A stretch of DNA of 64,000 bases from Candidatus Anderseniibacteriota bacterium (GCA_040876835.1 JBBDOX010000016.1:23414-87413), one strand, 5' to 3'. Positions 18,084 through 28,986 are shown, counted from the first letter of the stretch. The notes: generated by a model not told the origin, from the letters alone. A program made the numbers and translations.

Positions 18084-19616
18084 CTAAACCTTCGCACCGA
18101 AGACTTCCTGGACGTTTTTAAGATGTTTTTCCTCCTGCTGTCGTTTCTCAGCTCGTACTTCTGACAGGGATTTTCCGCTTGATTCCAGAACGACAGTAAC
18201 GGTAACCGACTGGTTAAGTAGTTCGCTCAATGTTTTCTCAACCACTTGCCTATTCTCCCCTTTCTCGAAGAAGTTGCGATGAAGTGGAAACTGAACGCGC
18301 AATATAATCTGGTTTCCATCTACTCCTGTAGCTTCAGTTGCCCGCAAAAACGTAGAGCTAACCGGACTACTCTTTTTTATGCCATCAATAAGGGCCGGCC
18401 AGACCTCTTTTACCTGATCAACTGTTACAACTCCAACAGCTACTTTCGGAGCTGGCTCTGCTGCTGCCGGGACTGGAAGTGCTGCAGTTATGATTGGCTC
18501 AGGAGTCGGGGCAGCTTTAGGCGGGATTGTGCGCGGTGTTTGTGGCACGGGTTGTTGAACTTGCGTTGGCTGTGGCGCTACCACGGTTAAAATAGCAAGC
18601 TGTAAGGCAATGAGCGGCTGCGGTACGTAGGTAATGTCCTGGGCTGCCTGGATAAGGGCTCGAATAATGTGTGGCAGTCTAGCCGCTGCCCTAGTCTGTT
18701 GCGCGAAGCTCATACTGAAACGCTCTTCTTTTATGAGCGCCACTAGCCCATCTCGGGCCGTCCGGATAACTTCCTGAATAAACTGCTCGGGATCAATCCC
18801 TTCTTGGAACATAATATCCGCCTGCGTAATTGCTGCTTGAGCATCCTGAGTTATAAGGGCCGAAAGGAAGGTATCGATATACTCAGGCGAAGGAATACCA
18901 AGGAGATTTGTAAGATTTCGGAGTGAGATAGTTTTCTCTTCCGTGGAAAGAATCTGCCCTAATAGACTCTCTCCATCGCGATAGCAGCCGTCACTGCGGG
19001 CGGTAATGAAATCAAGGACGGCGTCGTCAACGGTGCGCTTTTCCTTTTTGAGCAAGCTACTCAGCCGAGTCCGCATTTCTGTATCACTGGCGCGACGGAA
19101 GCGAAATACCTGACACCGGGACAAAATTGTTGCCGGCACTCTATGAAGCTCTGTCGTGGCCAAAATGAAAATAGCGTGCTTAACCGGCTCCTCTAGCGTC
19201 TTCAGTAATGCTGCAAACGCTTCGTTTGTCAGCATGTGCACCTCATCAATGATATATACCTTGTACTGTCCCAGTACCGGAGCAAGCGTCACATGTTCAC
19301 GTAGCGCTCGAATGTCATCAATACCTCGGTTGCTCGCCGCATCGATTTCGATAATGTCGATATTACGCTGTTCCTGGGTAGTGACGCATACATTACACTT
19401 ACCGCAAGGCTCTACTCCCTTAGCTTTCGTACAGTTCAGACGCTTAGCCAGCAGACGTGCCGTTGTTGTCTTACCGGTTCCGCGGGGACCCTGAAATAGG
19501 TAGGCATGCGCCACACGATCCTTGAGGATAGCCTGCTCAAGGATCGCAGTGACGTGATCTTGCCCTACAACTTCTCCAAATGTCTGAGGGCGGTATTGTC
19601 GGTAGAGGGCGGGCAT
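18084..19616 (-). CDS. dnaX: DNA polymerase III subunit gamma/tau
   Basis: 510 aa with the N-terminal YRPQTF..VVGQ block, Walker A GPRGTGKTT and the zinc module CTKAKGVEPCGKCNVC. Confidence 0.9.
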   Translation of the reverse strand: MPALYRQYRPQTFGEVVGQDHVTAILEQAILKDRVAHAYLFQGPRGTGKTTTARLLAKRLNCTKAKGVEPCGKCNVCVTTQEQRNIDIIEIDAASNRGIDDIRALREHVTLAPVLGQYKVYIIDEVHMLTNEAFAALLKTLEEPVKHAIFILATTELHRVPATILSRCQVFRFRRASDTEMRTRLSSLLKKEKRTVDDAVLDFITARSDGCYRDGESLLGQILSTEEKTISLRNLTNLLGIPSPEYIDTFLSALITQDAQAAITQADIMFQEGIDPEQFIQEVIRTARDGLVALIKEERFSMSFAQQTRAAARLPHIIRALIQAAQDITYVPQPLIALQLAILTVVAPQPTQVQQPVPQTPRTIPPKAAPTPEPIITAALPVPAAAEPAPKVAVGVVTVDQVKEVWPALIDGIKKSSPVSSTFLRATEATGVDGNQIILRVQFPLHRNFFEKGENRQVVEKTLSELLNQSVTVTVVLESSGKSLSEVRAEKRQQEEKHLKNVQEVFGAKV

Positions 19617-19671
19617 AGCTTCCTAAGTATTAAGGAGGAAGCAGCTGCAAGCAAGCCTATCTTTGCAGCAG

Positions 19672-20166
19672 TTATCCTTTAGCACTGTTGCGAAATACCA
19701 GAAACTTACTGCCCAAAAAGTTAACAAAGAGAATAATACCAATTGCCAGAGCCTTAGCCGCGTTATCTTTTTGACTGCCAAACATAATCGCCACAATGGG
19801 AACGTGGAAGGTAAAGAAGGATGTCAGAATCTGATTAAAGACGAACGTAATTCCGTTGAGGATAAAGTAGCCAGCTCCCTGACCGGTGGCATTGCCGGAA
19901 GTCGCCCGGAACGTCCAGTAACGATTAAGGAGAAAGTTGCTGGTAATGGCCAGCAAGACGCTGACCAGATTAGCCGCAATAATCTGGTAGTTAAAGATTT
20001 CATATATCTCAGTCCAACCCAACCCACGCGTCAGCAGATTATAACTACCAAAGTCTACAACTGCACCGATTGCTCCAACCGCCACAAACTTAATGAATTG
20101 TTTAGCTGTTGACTGGTAGCGGACCGGTAGGGCGTTTACCAGTCGAAGTGTTAGCTCCTCCATCAT
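19672..20166 (-). CDS. GtrA-family membrane protein (polysaccharide synthesis/translocation accessory)
   Basis: 164 aa with four transmembrane helices and the GtrA-like pattern FIKFVAVGAIGAVVDF..NRYWTF. Confidence 0.65.
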   Translation of the reverse strand: MMEELTLRLVNALPVRYQSTAKQFIKFVAVGAIGAVVDFGSYNLLTRGLGWTEIYEIFNYQIIAANLVSVLLAITSNFLLNRYWTFRATSGNATGQGAGYFILNGITFVFNQILTSFFTFHVPIVAIMFGSQKDNAAKALAIGIILFVNFLGSKFLVFRNSAKG

Positions 20167-20174
20167 TTATTTAC

Positions 20175-20696
20175 TTAGTTTTTATGAATAACATGCTCAA
20201 CTGCACCCCACTCGGCATCCCCGTGTTTGGGGAGAAGAACGGTTACCTCATCTCCTTCATTGGCGCGGTAAAAGGTAACACTGGCGAGTAGTACTTTATA
20301 TAGCTTCTCCGGTGTTTTTACCCCGAAGTTGCCATGTTCGTCCACCACCAGGGTTCCAACAGTACGTTCGCGGTCAATTGGGCTAATTTGCTTGTATGTA
20401 AATGATCCGTCGGTTCCAATTGTGAGTTTTAGTACATCCCCTTCAACCAGCTTGGATTTTGAGGCGTAATTAGGTGGCACAGGATAGGTTTCTCCATCGT
20501 TGCCCTGCATGTTTTGACCGTCAAAAACACCTTCAATTATGCGTTCTTCCGGAGAGGGTTCCTCGGAAGAATGAGTCTGACTAGTCGACGGCTGAACCTC
20601 CCCTTCTTCTAAGGCTTGACGAACATACTGGATATTCCGTTCAGCATCATCTAGCCGTTGCTTGATAAGGGCGAGAGTGCGGGAATCTATAGCCAT
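20175..20696 (-). CDS. hypothetical protein
   Basis: 173 aa, soluble, with no recognised family. It is divergent from the glycosyltransferase gene. Confidence 0.45.
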   Translation of the reverse strand: MAIDSRTLALIKQRLDDAERNIQYVRQALEEGEVQPSTSQTHSSEEPSPEERIIEGVFDGQNMQGNDGETYPVPPNYASKSKLVEGDVLKLTIGTDGSFTYKQISPIDRERTVGTLVVDEHGNFGVKTPEKLYKVLLASVTFYRANEGDEVTVLLPKHGDAEWGAVEHVIHKN

Positions 20697-20805
20697 AGGG
20701 CAAAAAGAGTGTTGGTGTTGGGAATCAAATCGTTGCGTTTATGGTACACTATTATCAGAAAAGCAACCACTTTTCCCTCTACCTCCTCACAATATATTCT
20801 TTGTC

Positions 20806-22401
20806 ATGAAACGCAGCTCCGCAGTCGCTTTGTTAATGGTTCTTTTAGTTATAGCCGCAGCTGTACGAAGTTTTCAGTTGACTGATCGAAGTTTGTGGTT
20901 TGATGAAGCATTTTCTTGGCGACTCATTCAGTTTCCTACTTCTGAAATGATTGCCCGGGACGCCGCCGATGTGCATCCTCCACTCTATTACCTACTCCTC
21001 AAAGGGTGGGGATTAGTATTTGGCACGTCGCTTTTGGCGTTACGATCTTTTTCAGTCCTGCTGAGTCTGATGGCAATTCTCATGGGGTATATATTCACCG
21101 CTTCAGCTTGGCGCTCCCGTGCTGTAGGTCTTATAGCTGCAGCGTTGATGGCCGTGGCGGGCTGGCAGATTCAATATGCTTGGGAAGCCCGCATGTACAC
21201 CCTGGGAATTTTCCTGTCACTCCTGACATCGTGGCTACTCTTGCATCTTGTGCGTACTAGTCAGGAGCGTAGGCCAATAAGTTGGCTGCTGGCAGCGTTA
21301 TATACAATAAGTGCTGCCGCTTTTGCATATACCCACTACTTTGCTTTCTTTACTCTAGCTGCCCATGCACTGTTTGTGGCTGTTGTCTTAATTCAACGCA
21401 CCCGTTGGCGGCTGGGAGAGATGTTGCAATCGCACCTGTTGTGGGTAGCAGCCAGCGCCGCAATTCTCACCGTAGTCCTGTACATCCCGTGGATACCTGT
21501 GTTTTTAGCGCAAAATTCTCAGGTTCAGGAAAGCTACTGGGTGCCAGCCATCGGTGGCTGGTCCATACCAGATACCTTCTATCGTATGTTGATCCCTACC
21601 TCCCAGACCCCACAGCATACGGGTTTCCCGGTGATACTGGCAGCTTTACCTATTCTGGTCGTTATATCGCTGTGGACGTGGCTGGTAGTAGCGTGCAGCT
21701 CTTCCGTCCATAGTGCTCTGGCCGATAATCAGAATAAGCGGTCCCAGGCATCAAAACAGGCTCGCTGTGAAGCCGCTTGGCTTGTCATGCTTAGCGCCGC
21801 CGTACCTTTTGTTCTGGCAATTCTTGTATCGTTTGTCGGACAGTCGCTGTACCAGGATCGGTTCTTGGTTTTCACCCACGTTTTCATTCTCATCGGTATT
21901 GCCCGTCTGTTGGCAGCCATCCCCGCAACTTCTGCGCGACGCATTGCTGTGACAGCAGTAATTGTGGTCTTTGCACTGCTATCGGTGCGGTTTTGGCAGG
22001 AACTGGATGTGGCCAGCAAGCCGGGTGCACACGCGGCCACCCAATACATATTCCGTGAGCGAAATAACGATGAACCTATTTTCGTCAGCTCACCATTCGT
22101 GTATTTCGCAATTGACCATTATGCTCAGGAGGAATTTGATTTTTCAGCCGACCCCACCCTTCTTGTGAGCGGCCAACCTTCTCACTTTGCCGGCGGCCCT
22201 ATTCTAACCACCCAGGACATCATTGACCCCCTAGTCTTAGACACCTTGCCTGCTCCCGCCTTTTGGATGGTTGATACCACGGGGTTTGGAGGAGCAGAGA
22301 TGCCTGTTTCGTCGCGGTGGAGATCAGTTGATCGACAGGAGTTTGTCGAAGTCTTCCCCTATCAGGGACATGTCATTGTTCATAAATACGTTCGCTCTTA
22401 G
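20806..22401 (+). CDS. family-39 glycosyltransferase (ArnT/PMT-like, dolichyl-phosphate-mannose-type membrane mannosyltransferase)
   Basis: The start was moved to the internal ATG at 20806 (MKRSSAVALLMVLL), because the upstream track extension overlaps the divergent gene. The protein has more than ten transmembrane helices, a DE loop (WFDEAF) and PMT_2-like topology. Confidence 0.65.
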   Translation: MKRSSAVALLMVLLVIAAAVRSFQLTDRSLWFDEAFSWRLIQFPTSEMIARDAADVHPPLYYLLLKGWGLVFGTSLLALRSFSVLLSLMAILMGYIFTASAWRSRAVGLIAAALMAVAGWQIQYAWEARMYTLGIFLSLLTSWLLLHLVRTSQERRPISWLLAALYTISAAAFAYTHYFAFFTLAAHALFVAVVLIQRTRWRLGEMLQSHLLWVAASAAILTVVLYIPWIPVFLAQNSQVQESYWVPAIGGWSIPDTFYRMLIPTSQTPQHTGFPVILAALPILVVISLWTWLVVACSSSVHSALADNQNKRSQASKQARCEAAWLVMLSAAVPFVLAILVSFVGQSLYQDRFLVFTHVFILIGIARLLAAIPATSARRIAVTAVIVVFALLSVRFWQELDVASKPGAHAATQYIFRERNNDEPIFVSSPFVYFAIDHYAQEEFDFSADPTLLVSGQPSHFAGGPILTTQDIIDPLVLDTLPAPAFWMVDTTGFGGAEMPVSSRWRSVDRQEFVEVFPYQGHVIVHKYVRS

Positions 22402-22404
22402 CGT

Positions 22405-23229
22405 TTACCTATCTGAAACGGGAGCGTTGTCACGTAGTTTGTAATACACTCGGTTTGAGATTCGCAGGTCGACATACTCGATGTATTCTTTTTCTTCTTC
22501 GGTAATAGTGTGAGCCAACAGGCGCTGTAGCACATTAACCTGCAGCGAGAGATGCCGGGTCGTATCAAATCGGATAATCCAGTTGTTATTCAGCAGCACA
22601 TGAACTTCCCGGGCTGACAGTGATGGAATGCGCATCTCTACAATATCTGCTTCAGTGACTGCGGGGATATCTTCCTGGGCTTGGATAATGAACTCCACGA
22701 AAGAGGTTTCAACGGCGGGCTGGCCTATTTGCAGGCTCGCTGTCTGGTCGTTGTTTTTAATTATCGGCAATATTGTACCGGGCAGTGTCCCCAACTCTGC
22801 CTGCTCGTAGGCAATACCCTGCGCGTCAACGAAAAAGTACATGCCATTAGAGAGCAGGAGGAATGCAGGCGTTTTTTCTTGAACCACCACACGCAGCGTA
22901 TTCGGCAGTTTACGGGTGATATATATGTCACGGACTTGCGGAACGGATGATAAGATACGCTGCTCAAGAATAGGGGTTTGTAGAAACAGAATATTTCTTC
23001 CCTTGGCTGACGTTGTCAGGTCTTGAATGGCCGCCGCGGTGTGTTCTCGGCTGTCCACCACTGTTATCGCTTGTACGTGAAAGGTATTGGTAAAAAAAGC
23101 CAGCCAGGCGAGGGTGCCGAGCGGAATGACAATAAGCGCTACGAGAAGCGCAATAGAACCCCATTCGATGAGGCGTTTTTTAATGGCGGGTCCTCGCAGG
23201 GAGCCGAATATGCGGGAAGGTAATTGCAC
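22405..23229 (-). CDS. ftsQ: cell division protein FtsQ/DivIB (POTRA domain)
   Basis: 274 aa with an N-terminal transmembrane helix followed by POTRA and FtsQ beta domains. Confidence 0.65.
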   Translation of the reverse strand: MQLPSRIFGSLRGPAIKKRLIEWGSIALLVALIVIPLGTLAWLAFFTNTFHVQAITVVDSREHTAAAIQDLTTSAKGRNILFLQTPILEQRILSSVPQVRDIYITRKLPNTLRVVVQEKTPAFLLLSNGMYFFVDAQGIAYEQAELGTLPGTILPIIKNNDQTASLQIGQPAVETSFVEFIIQAQEDIPAVTEADIVEMRIPSLSAREVHVLLNNNWIIRFDTTRHLSLQVNVLQRLLAHTITEEEKEYIEYVDLRISNRVYYKLRDNAPVSDR

Positions 23230-23246
23230 TTCCCTATTCTAACGCA

Positions 23247-24509
23247 TTATTTACCTTGTGGCTGAATCTGCGTGAATGGCAGGTAGGAGCCGAGCGCCTG
23301 GGGGATATGGATACTGCCATCTGATTGCTGATGGTTTTCAATTAAGGCAATCAGGATTCGGCTTAAGGCAATAGCTGTGCCATTGAGCAGGTGCGCTTTA
23401 ACAGTTGATCCGTCATCAAGTCGGGTGCGAATGTTTAGGCGACGGGCCTGATAATCAGTGGTGTTGCTGGTGGAATGAGTTTCCCGGTAGGCCTCTTCTC
23501 CTGGAATCCACGTTTCAATGTCATAGGTTTTAGCCGAAGGAGCCCCCAGATCACCGGCTGCTAGTTTCACCACCCGGTATGGCAGCTCCAAGGCGTCAGC
23601 AATTGATCGCTGCTGCTCAAGGATAAATTCATGTTCAGCTGAAGAATCCTGTGGACGAGTAAAACTAAACATTTCCACCTTATCAAACTGATGGAGGCGT
23701 AGTATTCCTTTTACGTCCTTGCCGTGACTGCCGGCTTCTCGCCGAAAGCATGGAGAAATACCCACGTAACGTAGTGGATGCTTAAGGTCAAGAATTTCAT
23801 TCATATGCATCGGACCTATAGACTGTTCGCTGGTGCCGACCAGGTAGAGATTATCCTGGGTTCTGTACACCTCTTCTTCGCCTGCCTGGTCCAGGTATCC
23901 CATCCCAGCCATTGCTTCCTCTTTGACTAACACGGGAGGAATGACGGGTGTAAACCCTTTATTGGATAACGTATCAACTACGTACGAGACAAGTCCCAGC
24001 TCGAGGCGGGCTAACTGTCCCCTTATATACACAAAACGGCTACCGGAAACTTTCGCCGCGCGCTCCAAATCAATATCATTTCCCAGTAGTGACAAGTAAT
24101 CACGAAGGGCAGTGGCCGGTTTAGGTGTCTTACTTTCTGCAACTACTTCAAAATCTTCTTCACCGCCGGTTGGCACGTCATGGAGTGGAATATTAGGTAG
24201 GGCGCGCCAGAGCGTATCGCGCGCCTGCTGCGCCTCTTTCAACTGAACAGAAAGTTCTTTTTCCTGCTCGGCTACTCCTTTCATTTTTGCAATCAAAGGC
24301 TCCCTTTCCGCTGCTGATTGTTGGTTTATAGCTTCATTGGCGCTGTTTTTATCGGCTCGCAACTTCTCTACCTGTTCCGAAAGCGTACGCCAACTTTTAT
24401 CAACTGCCAGCAGTTCTTCAATTCGCGCTCGTTCAACGCCACGTTTTTCCAATTGAGCTATGCTTTTATCTTTGCTTTCTTCGTTCCTTAACAGAGTAAT
24501 ATCAATCAT
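23247..24509 (-). CDS. serS: serine--tRNA ligase
   Basis: 420 aa with an N-terminal coiled-coil arm and class II motifs (FRRE, GSHG). Confidence 0.9.
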   Translation of the reverse strand: MIDITLLRNEESKDKSIAQLEKRGVERARIEELLAVDKSWRTLSEQVEKLRADKNSANEAINQQSAAEREPLIAKMKGVAEQEKELSVQLKEAQQARDTLWRALPNIPLHDVPTGGEEDFEVVAESKTPKPATALRDYLSLLGNDIDLERAAKVSGSRFVYIRGQLARLELGLVSYVVDTLSNKGFTPVIPPVLVKEEAMAGMGYLDQAGEEEVYRTQDNLYLVGTSEQSIGPMHMNEILDLKHPLRYVGISPCFRREAGSHGKDVKGILRLHQFDKVEMFSFTRPQDSSAEHEFILEQQRSIADALELPYRVVKLAAGDLGAPSAKTYDIETWIPGEEAYRETHSTSNTTDYQARRLNIRTRLDDGSTVKAHLLNGTAIALSRILIALIENHQQSDGSIHIPQALGSYLPFTQIQPQGK

Positions 24510-25978
24510 AGCTCTGGTCTTAAGAGTGGAAACAAAATCGTATCGCGCAACGTAGGACTGTCGGTAAGCAGCATTGTCAGCCGATCGACTCCGAGGCCGA
24601 ATCCGGCTGTAGGAGGCATGCCATACTCCATGGCCCGAAGGTATGCTTCATCAACTGCCTGGGCTTCCGCGTCTCCTTCTTCGCGAGCCCGTTGCTGCTC
24701 TTCGAATCGCTGACGTTGTTCAACGGGGTCGTTCTGCTCAGTATATGCATTTACAATTTCCGTGCCGGCAATTAACAGCTGGAACTTTTCAGCGATCCGG
24801 GGATCGTGGGGGCTTCGTTTTGCCAGCGGCACCATTTCAAACGGATAGTCATACAGGAGGGTTGGCTGAAGCAAGGAAGGCCTCACCAGCTCCTTGTAGA
24901 GCTCATCAACAAGTTTCATATAGTTGTGGGCTTCGGGCACTTCAATCCCCTCCCGTTCAAATATCGCCAGATACACGTTGGGATCTTTTTCTTCCAGAAT
25001 ATCAACGCCAATGCGTTCACTGACAACTTCTACATATCGCTTGCGCTCAAAGGGAGCGCTGAAGTTCAAGCTTTGTTCCTGCCAGCTCACCTGCCCGCTG
25101 CCCACCACTTCCTGGGCTAGCTTGCTGATCATCTGCTCGGTCATGTCCATGAGATCTTCGTAATCCGCCCCGGCCCAGTAAAACTCCAGCATCGTAAATT
25201 CCGGATTGTGCTGTTTACTTATTCCTTCATTACGGAAGTTACGACCGATTTCAAATACTTTTTCAAACCCGCCGACAATCAGACGCTTGAGATATAGCTC
25301 AGGGGCGATACGTAAAAATAAATTCATATCAAGAGTATTGTGATGGGTGTGGAATGGTTGGGCTGCCGCTCCTCCGGCAATCGGCTGTAGAATAGGAGTC
25401 TCCACTTCCAGAAATTGCTGATCCGTTAAATATTGACGCAGCCATGTAACGATGCGACTACGAGTCATGAATGTCTGACGAACATGGTCATTCATCAGCA
25501 AATCTACTTCCCGTTGGCGATAGCGGGTCTCGTGATCTTTGAGTCCATACCAAGAATCCGGCAGCGGCCGAATGGCTTTGGAGATGATATGAAACTCGGA
25601 TACAGCCAGGGTTTGTGTGCCACGTTTGGTGGTTGTAACATCTCCAGCAGCCTGGATCCAGTCACCTGTATCAATGGACTCAAGTCTGGTAAATATCTCC
25701 TCAGCTGCATCATCCTTCATTAATTGAAGCTGAAAGGTACCGCTGCTATCAGTTAAGTCTAAAAAGGCCAATCCACCGTGTTTTCGCAGTGCAGTTACTC
25801 TGCCCCAGACTGTGACGGGAGTGTTATCACTCTGAAGCTGTTCAAACTGATCTGTGAGCTCAGAGGCTGTGTGACTACGGCGTACTTCAGTCGGGTATGG
25901 CACAGCCCCACTAGCTAAAAGTTCCTCACGCTTCGTGAGGCGGGCTTGCCGCATTTCTTCCAGTCGCATCTTTGCCAT
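24506..25978 (-). CDS. lysS: lysine--tRNA ligase (class II)
   Basis: 490 aa with the block FLEVETPILQ..GGA.A.PF.THHN and motif 2/3 of class IIb. The stop overlaps the serS start (ATGA). Confidence 0.9.
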   Translation of the reverse strand: MAKMRLEEMRQARLTKREELLASGAVPYPTEVRRSHTASELTDQFEQLQSDNTPVTVWGRVTALRKHGGLAFLDLTDSSGTFQLQLMKDDAAEEIFTRLESIDTGDWIQAAGDVTTTKRGTQTLAVSEFHIISKAIRPLPDSWYGLKDHETRYRQREVDLLMNDHVRQTFMTRSRIVTWLRQYLTDQQFLEVETPILQPIAGGAAAQPFHTHHNTLDMNLFLRIAPELYLKRLIVGGFEKVFEIGRNFRNEGISKQHNPEFTMLEFYWAGADYEDLMDMTEQMISKLAQEVVGSGQVSWQEQSLNFSAPFERKRYVEVVSERIGVDILEEKDPNVYLAIFEREGIEVPEAHNYMKLVDELYKELVRPSLLQPTLLYDYPFEMVPLAKRSPHDPRIAEKFQLLIAGTEIVNAYTEQNDPVEQRQRFEEQQRAREEGDAEAQAVDEAYLRAMEYGMPPTAGFGLGVDRLTMLLTDSPTLRDTILFPLLRPEL

Positions 25979-26051
25979 ACGGGTAGCGTACAGCAGATTA
26001 GCGGTGCGCTCAATATGTACAAAACCAGCCTGTGTAAGGCTGGTTTTGAAA

Positions 26052-26507
26052 TTATCCGATCTTTTTAATCTGACATTCCTTATGTCCAGCGGGAGTGGGG
26101 ATCCTTACTTTCTCCCCCTTCTTTTTGCCTAGTAGGGCCTGGCCCATTGGAGACTCATTGCTAATTTTCCCCTCCAGTGGATCAGCTTCGTTGGAACCAA
26201 CAATGCGATATATTTTTTCATCTCCAGCGCAATCAACGGTTACGGTATTACCAATGCTGACCTCGCTATTATCTGCTTCTTTAATCACCTGGGCGTGCTT
26301 GAGGGTGCTTTCTAGTTCAGAAATTTCCTGTTCGAGACGATTCTGCTCTTCCTTAGCAGTTTGATATTCAGCATTCTCAGATAGGTCTCCCTGTTCTTTA
26401 GCAGTATGAATCGCTTCGGCAATTTCACGGCGACGGTTGGTCTTGAGGTTCTGTAGCTTATCTTGAAGTTCAGTTAGCCCTTCTTTCGTTAGGTATTGCT
26501 CTTTCAT
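26052..26507 (-). CDS. greA: transcription elongation factor GreA
   Basis: 151 aa with an N-terminal coiled-coil carrying the conserved acidic tip (DLSENAEY) and a C-terminal FKBP-like domain. Confidence 0.85.
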   Translation of the reverse strand: MKEQYLTKEGLTELQDKLQNLKTNRRREIAEAIHTAKEQGDLSENAEYQTAKEEQNRLEQEISELESTLKHAQVIKEADNSEVSIGNTVTVDCAGDEKIYRIVGSNEADPLEGKISNESPMGQALLGKKKGEKVRIPTPAGHKECQIKKIG

Positions 26508-26638
26508 AACGGTGGTAAAAATATAAGTTAAAAAAATGCGAGCAAAAATGCCCAGAAATCTTATGTGGAGCTAGTGTATCTGTTTAGGTGAAGGGGTCAA
26601 GGATGACTTTTTCACACTTTGTCATACGATTTTGACAT

Positions 26639-28450
26639 TTAGCTGTTAGGGCGGCTCGCAGCCCACCATTGCCATATTTCCTTGGCAAAGGGCACGGCAT
26701 CTTTGTCTCCCTCTCCGCCTTTTTCTAATAAAACGACCAAGACCAGCTCCGGCTCTTCATAAGGCCCAAAACTGGAAAACCAGGCATGGGTAGGCTGGTT
26801 TCCTCCCACCTGAGCTGTTCCAGTTTTGCCGGCCAGAGCAATTGGCAGTCCATCCAAGGCTTTTCCTGACCCGTCAGTTATTGTTTGCCGCATGCCTTCT
26901 CTGACCGACTGCACGGTTTGGGAAGAAACCGGTAAAGGTATCTGCCTAATTGTGTTGGTGTTAACCAGGTGCGGCTGGTAGATATATGAGCCCTCGGCCA
27001 AGCCGGCAGTGGCCACCGCAATCTGGAGCGGAGTAACTAGGACATCACCCTGTCCGATTCCCAGGTGGTAAGTATCTCCTATATACCATCGCTCTCCCTT
27101 TACCGCCTCTTTCCACTCTGGCGTGGGCAGAAGACCACTTGCCTCGGACGGAAGATCGATACCCGTAGGTGTTCCCCAGTTAAACTTACCTAAGTATTCA
27201 ACCGTTTTGTTTACACCCAGACCCTGAAACTGATCTGTTCCGCCGGTGATCATATAGAAAAAGGTGTTTACGGATTCAGCAATAGCCTTATGTACGTTTG
27301 TTACCCCATGCCCGCCAGCTTTCCAGTCGGGGAATGACCAGGGTCCAACGGAAATACCACCCGTAGACAGAATGGTTGTAGATGGTGCAATTAAACCTTC
27401 TTCAAGAGCAGCGGAGGCGATGAATGGCTTAATCACAGAACCCGAAGCAAAGGTGCCATCGACTGCTCGGTTAAAAAGCGGATTTCGTGAGTCCTGAAAG
27501 AACGTTGCTACCTCTCTCTGTAGAGCCGGTTGCGAAAAGGCGTTGGAGTCAAAGGAAGGGTAACTAACTAACGCTAATACTTCCCCACTTCGAGGATCCA
27601 GGGCGACGACTGCTCCGCTCGTAGAAGGTTTGCCCTGCTCCTGTTGCTTTTGATCACGTTCAGAGAATAGGCTGTAAATGAATTCCTGGAACTTAATATC
27701 AAGCGTAAGCTGAATGTCTTGGCCCGGAGTCGGAGCTTTAGCTCCCAGGTTTGTCTGCGGCTTACCGGCAGCGTTAATTTCTGTTTCGGCAATTCCTGGT
27801 GTTCCTCGCAGAAGTTGTTCATAGGATTTCTCAATCCCCTGTTTGCCGGTGGTGTCGGTAGGATACAGGGCTCGGTCAGCTTCGAGTTCCTGGGCTGTGA
27901 CCGCGCTGGTATATCCCAGAACATGGGCGGCTGATTGACCAGCGGGATACTTGCGAACTAAAGAAGATGCCAGGCGTGTGCCGCTCAAAACACTGCCGGC
28001 CTCCTCGAGCTCTAATACCTTAGTATGATCAACGGCTTTTGCGAGCAGTACGGGTTGACCTGTGACTCGAGCTTTATTAATAGCATTGCGGATATCTTCA
28101 AGAGAGGTCGTTGGTAGAAGCACCGATAAGTTGTCGAGTAGTGTTCCCTCGTTCTCCTGCGTGGGTAGAGTGTGCGGATCAATAACCAGATCAGTACTGG
28201 AAATGTTTTCTACCAGAGCAATGTCATGACGATCGTAAATAATCCCGCGCGCCGCTGGAATAATATTAGCATCAACGCGGTTGTGCTCGGCGGTGGCGCG
28301 GAATCGGGCTCCGTCTACAATCTGTAGAAAAAAGCTGCGTGAAGCTAGCGCCGCCATACTTATCCACAGCACGACCCATAAAAATAAAAACCGTTTAGTC
28401 GGGGTTCTCACGGCGGGACGTGTGCTCTCGATGAAGGATGTTTCGTTCAT
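26639..28450 (-). CDS. mrdA: penicillin-binding protein 2 (peptidoglycan D,D-transpeptidase)
   Basis: 603 aa with an N-terminal transmembrane helix, SVIKP (SxxK), SxN and KTGTA motifs. It lies downstream of mreBCD. Confidence 0.8.
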   Translation of the reverse strand: MNETSFIESTRPAVRTPTKRFLFLWVVLWISMAALASRSFFLQIVDGARFRATAEHNRVDANIIPAARGIIYDRHDIALVENISSTDLVIDPHTLPTQENEGTLLDNLSVLLPTTSLEDIRNAINKARVTGQPVLLAKAVDHTKVLELEEAGSVLSGTRLASSLVRKYPAGQSAAHVLGYTSAVTAQELEADRALYPTDTTGKQGIEKSYEQLLRGTPGIAETEINAAGKPQTNLGAKAPTPGQDIQLTLDIKFQEFIYSLFSERDQKQQEQGKPSTSGAVVALDPRSGEVLALVSYPSFDSNAFSQPALQREVATFFQDSRNPLFNRAVDGTFASGSVIKPFIASAALEEGLIAPSTTILSTGGISVGPWSFPDWKAGGHGVTNVHKAIAESVNTFFYMITGGTDQFQGLGVNKTVEYLGKFNWGTPTGIDLPSEASGLLPTPEWKEAVKGERWYIGDTYHLGIGQGDVLVTPLQIAVATAGLAEGSYIYQPHLVNTNTIRQIPLPVSSQTVQSVREGMRQTITDGSGKALDGLPIALAGKTGTAQVGGNQPTHAWFSSFGPYEEPELVLVVLLEKGGEGDKDAVPFAKEIWQWWAASRPNS

Positions 28451-28986
28451 GATCGTAGACGTTTACTTGATACTAACTTCCTAGAGACAGCATCCTGCTG
28501 GAGGGGAAATGCCTCGTACCACAGGATAATCATGGCAAACAGAACAAAAGTTGTTCCGGCAATGTTAGTAAATAGCAGCCGGAAGGGCAGAGTAAGCCAG
28601 ACTAGTTGCCACTCCTCTATTGTTTGCCAGAGAGGAACTAATGGTGCAACCCCGATTATTAGAGCCTGCAGGCATGTTATACCTCCCACTAGGCTAAGAA
28701 AAGTACCAGAAAGCCCCGGCTCCACCAAAGAAAAGAGCCGCCGAAAGCCAAAAGGAGCAATAATTGCGACCGTCATGAGTCCAGGTGGCAGAAAGGAAAA
28801 GAGTTCGGCAATGATTACCAGGCTAACAACCACGCTAACAGGGGCCAGGGTGTATGCCAGAAACGTTGCCAGGGCCAGAGGCGCTATAATGTAAGAGGTT
28901 AGATAATCTTGCAGGGTAAAGTGAACTATGGAAGCCACCGCAATCACAACGAACAAGAAGAGATACTTGCGACCTCGGACTCTCAT
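28447..28986 (-). CDS. mreD: rod shape-determining protein MreD
   Basis: 179 aa polytopic membrane protein located between mreC and mrdA. Confidence 0.55.
   Translation of the reverse strand: MRVRGRKYLFLFVVIAVASIVHFTLQDYLTSYIIAPLALATFLAYTLAPVSVVVSLVIIAELFSFLPPGLMTVAIIAPFGFRRLFSLVEPGLSGTFLSLVGGITCLQALIIGVAPLVPLWQTIEEWQLVWLTLPFRLLFTNIAGTTFVLFAMIILWYEAFPLQQDAVSRKLVSSKRLRS

Noticed and set aside
20662-20805. N-terminal extension of the GT39 gene given in the ORF track (MIRARVRESIAIGQKECWCW.)
   Set aside because: The extension runs into the divergent upstream gene and the promoter region and has no signal or hydrophobic character. The internal ATG at 20806 starts directly at the first transmembrane helix.
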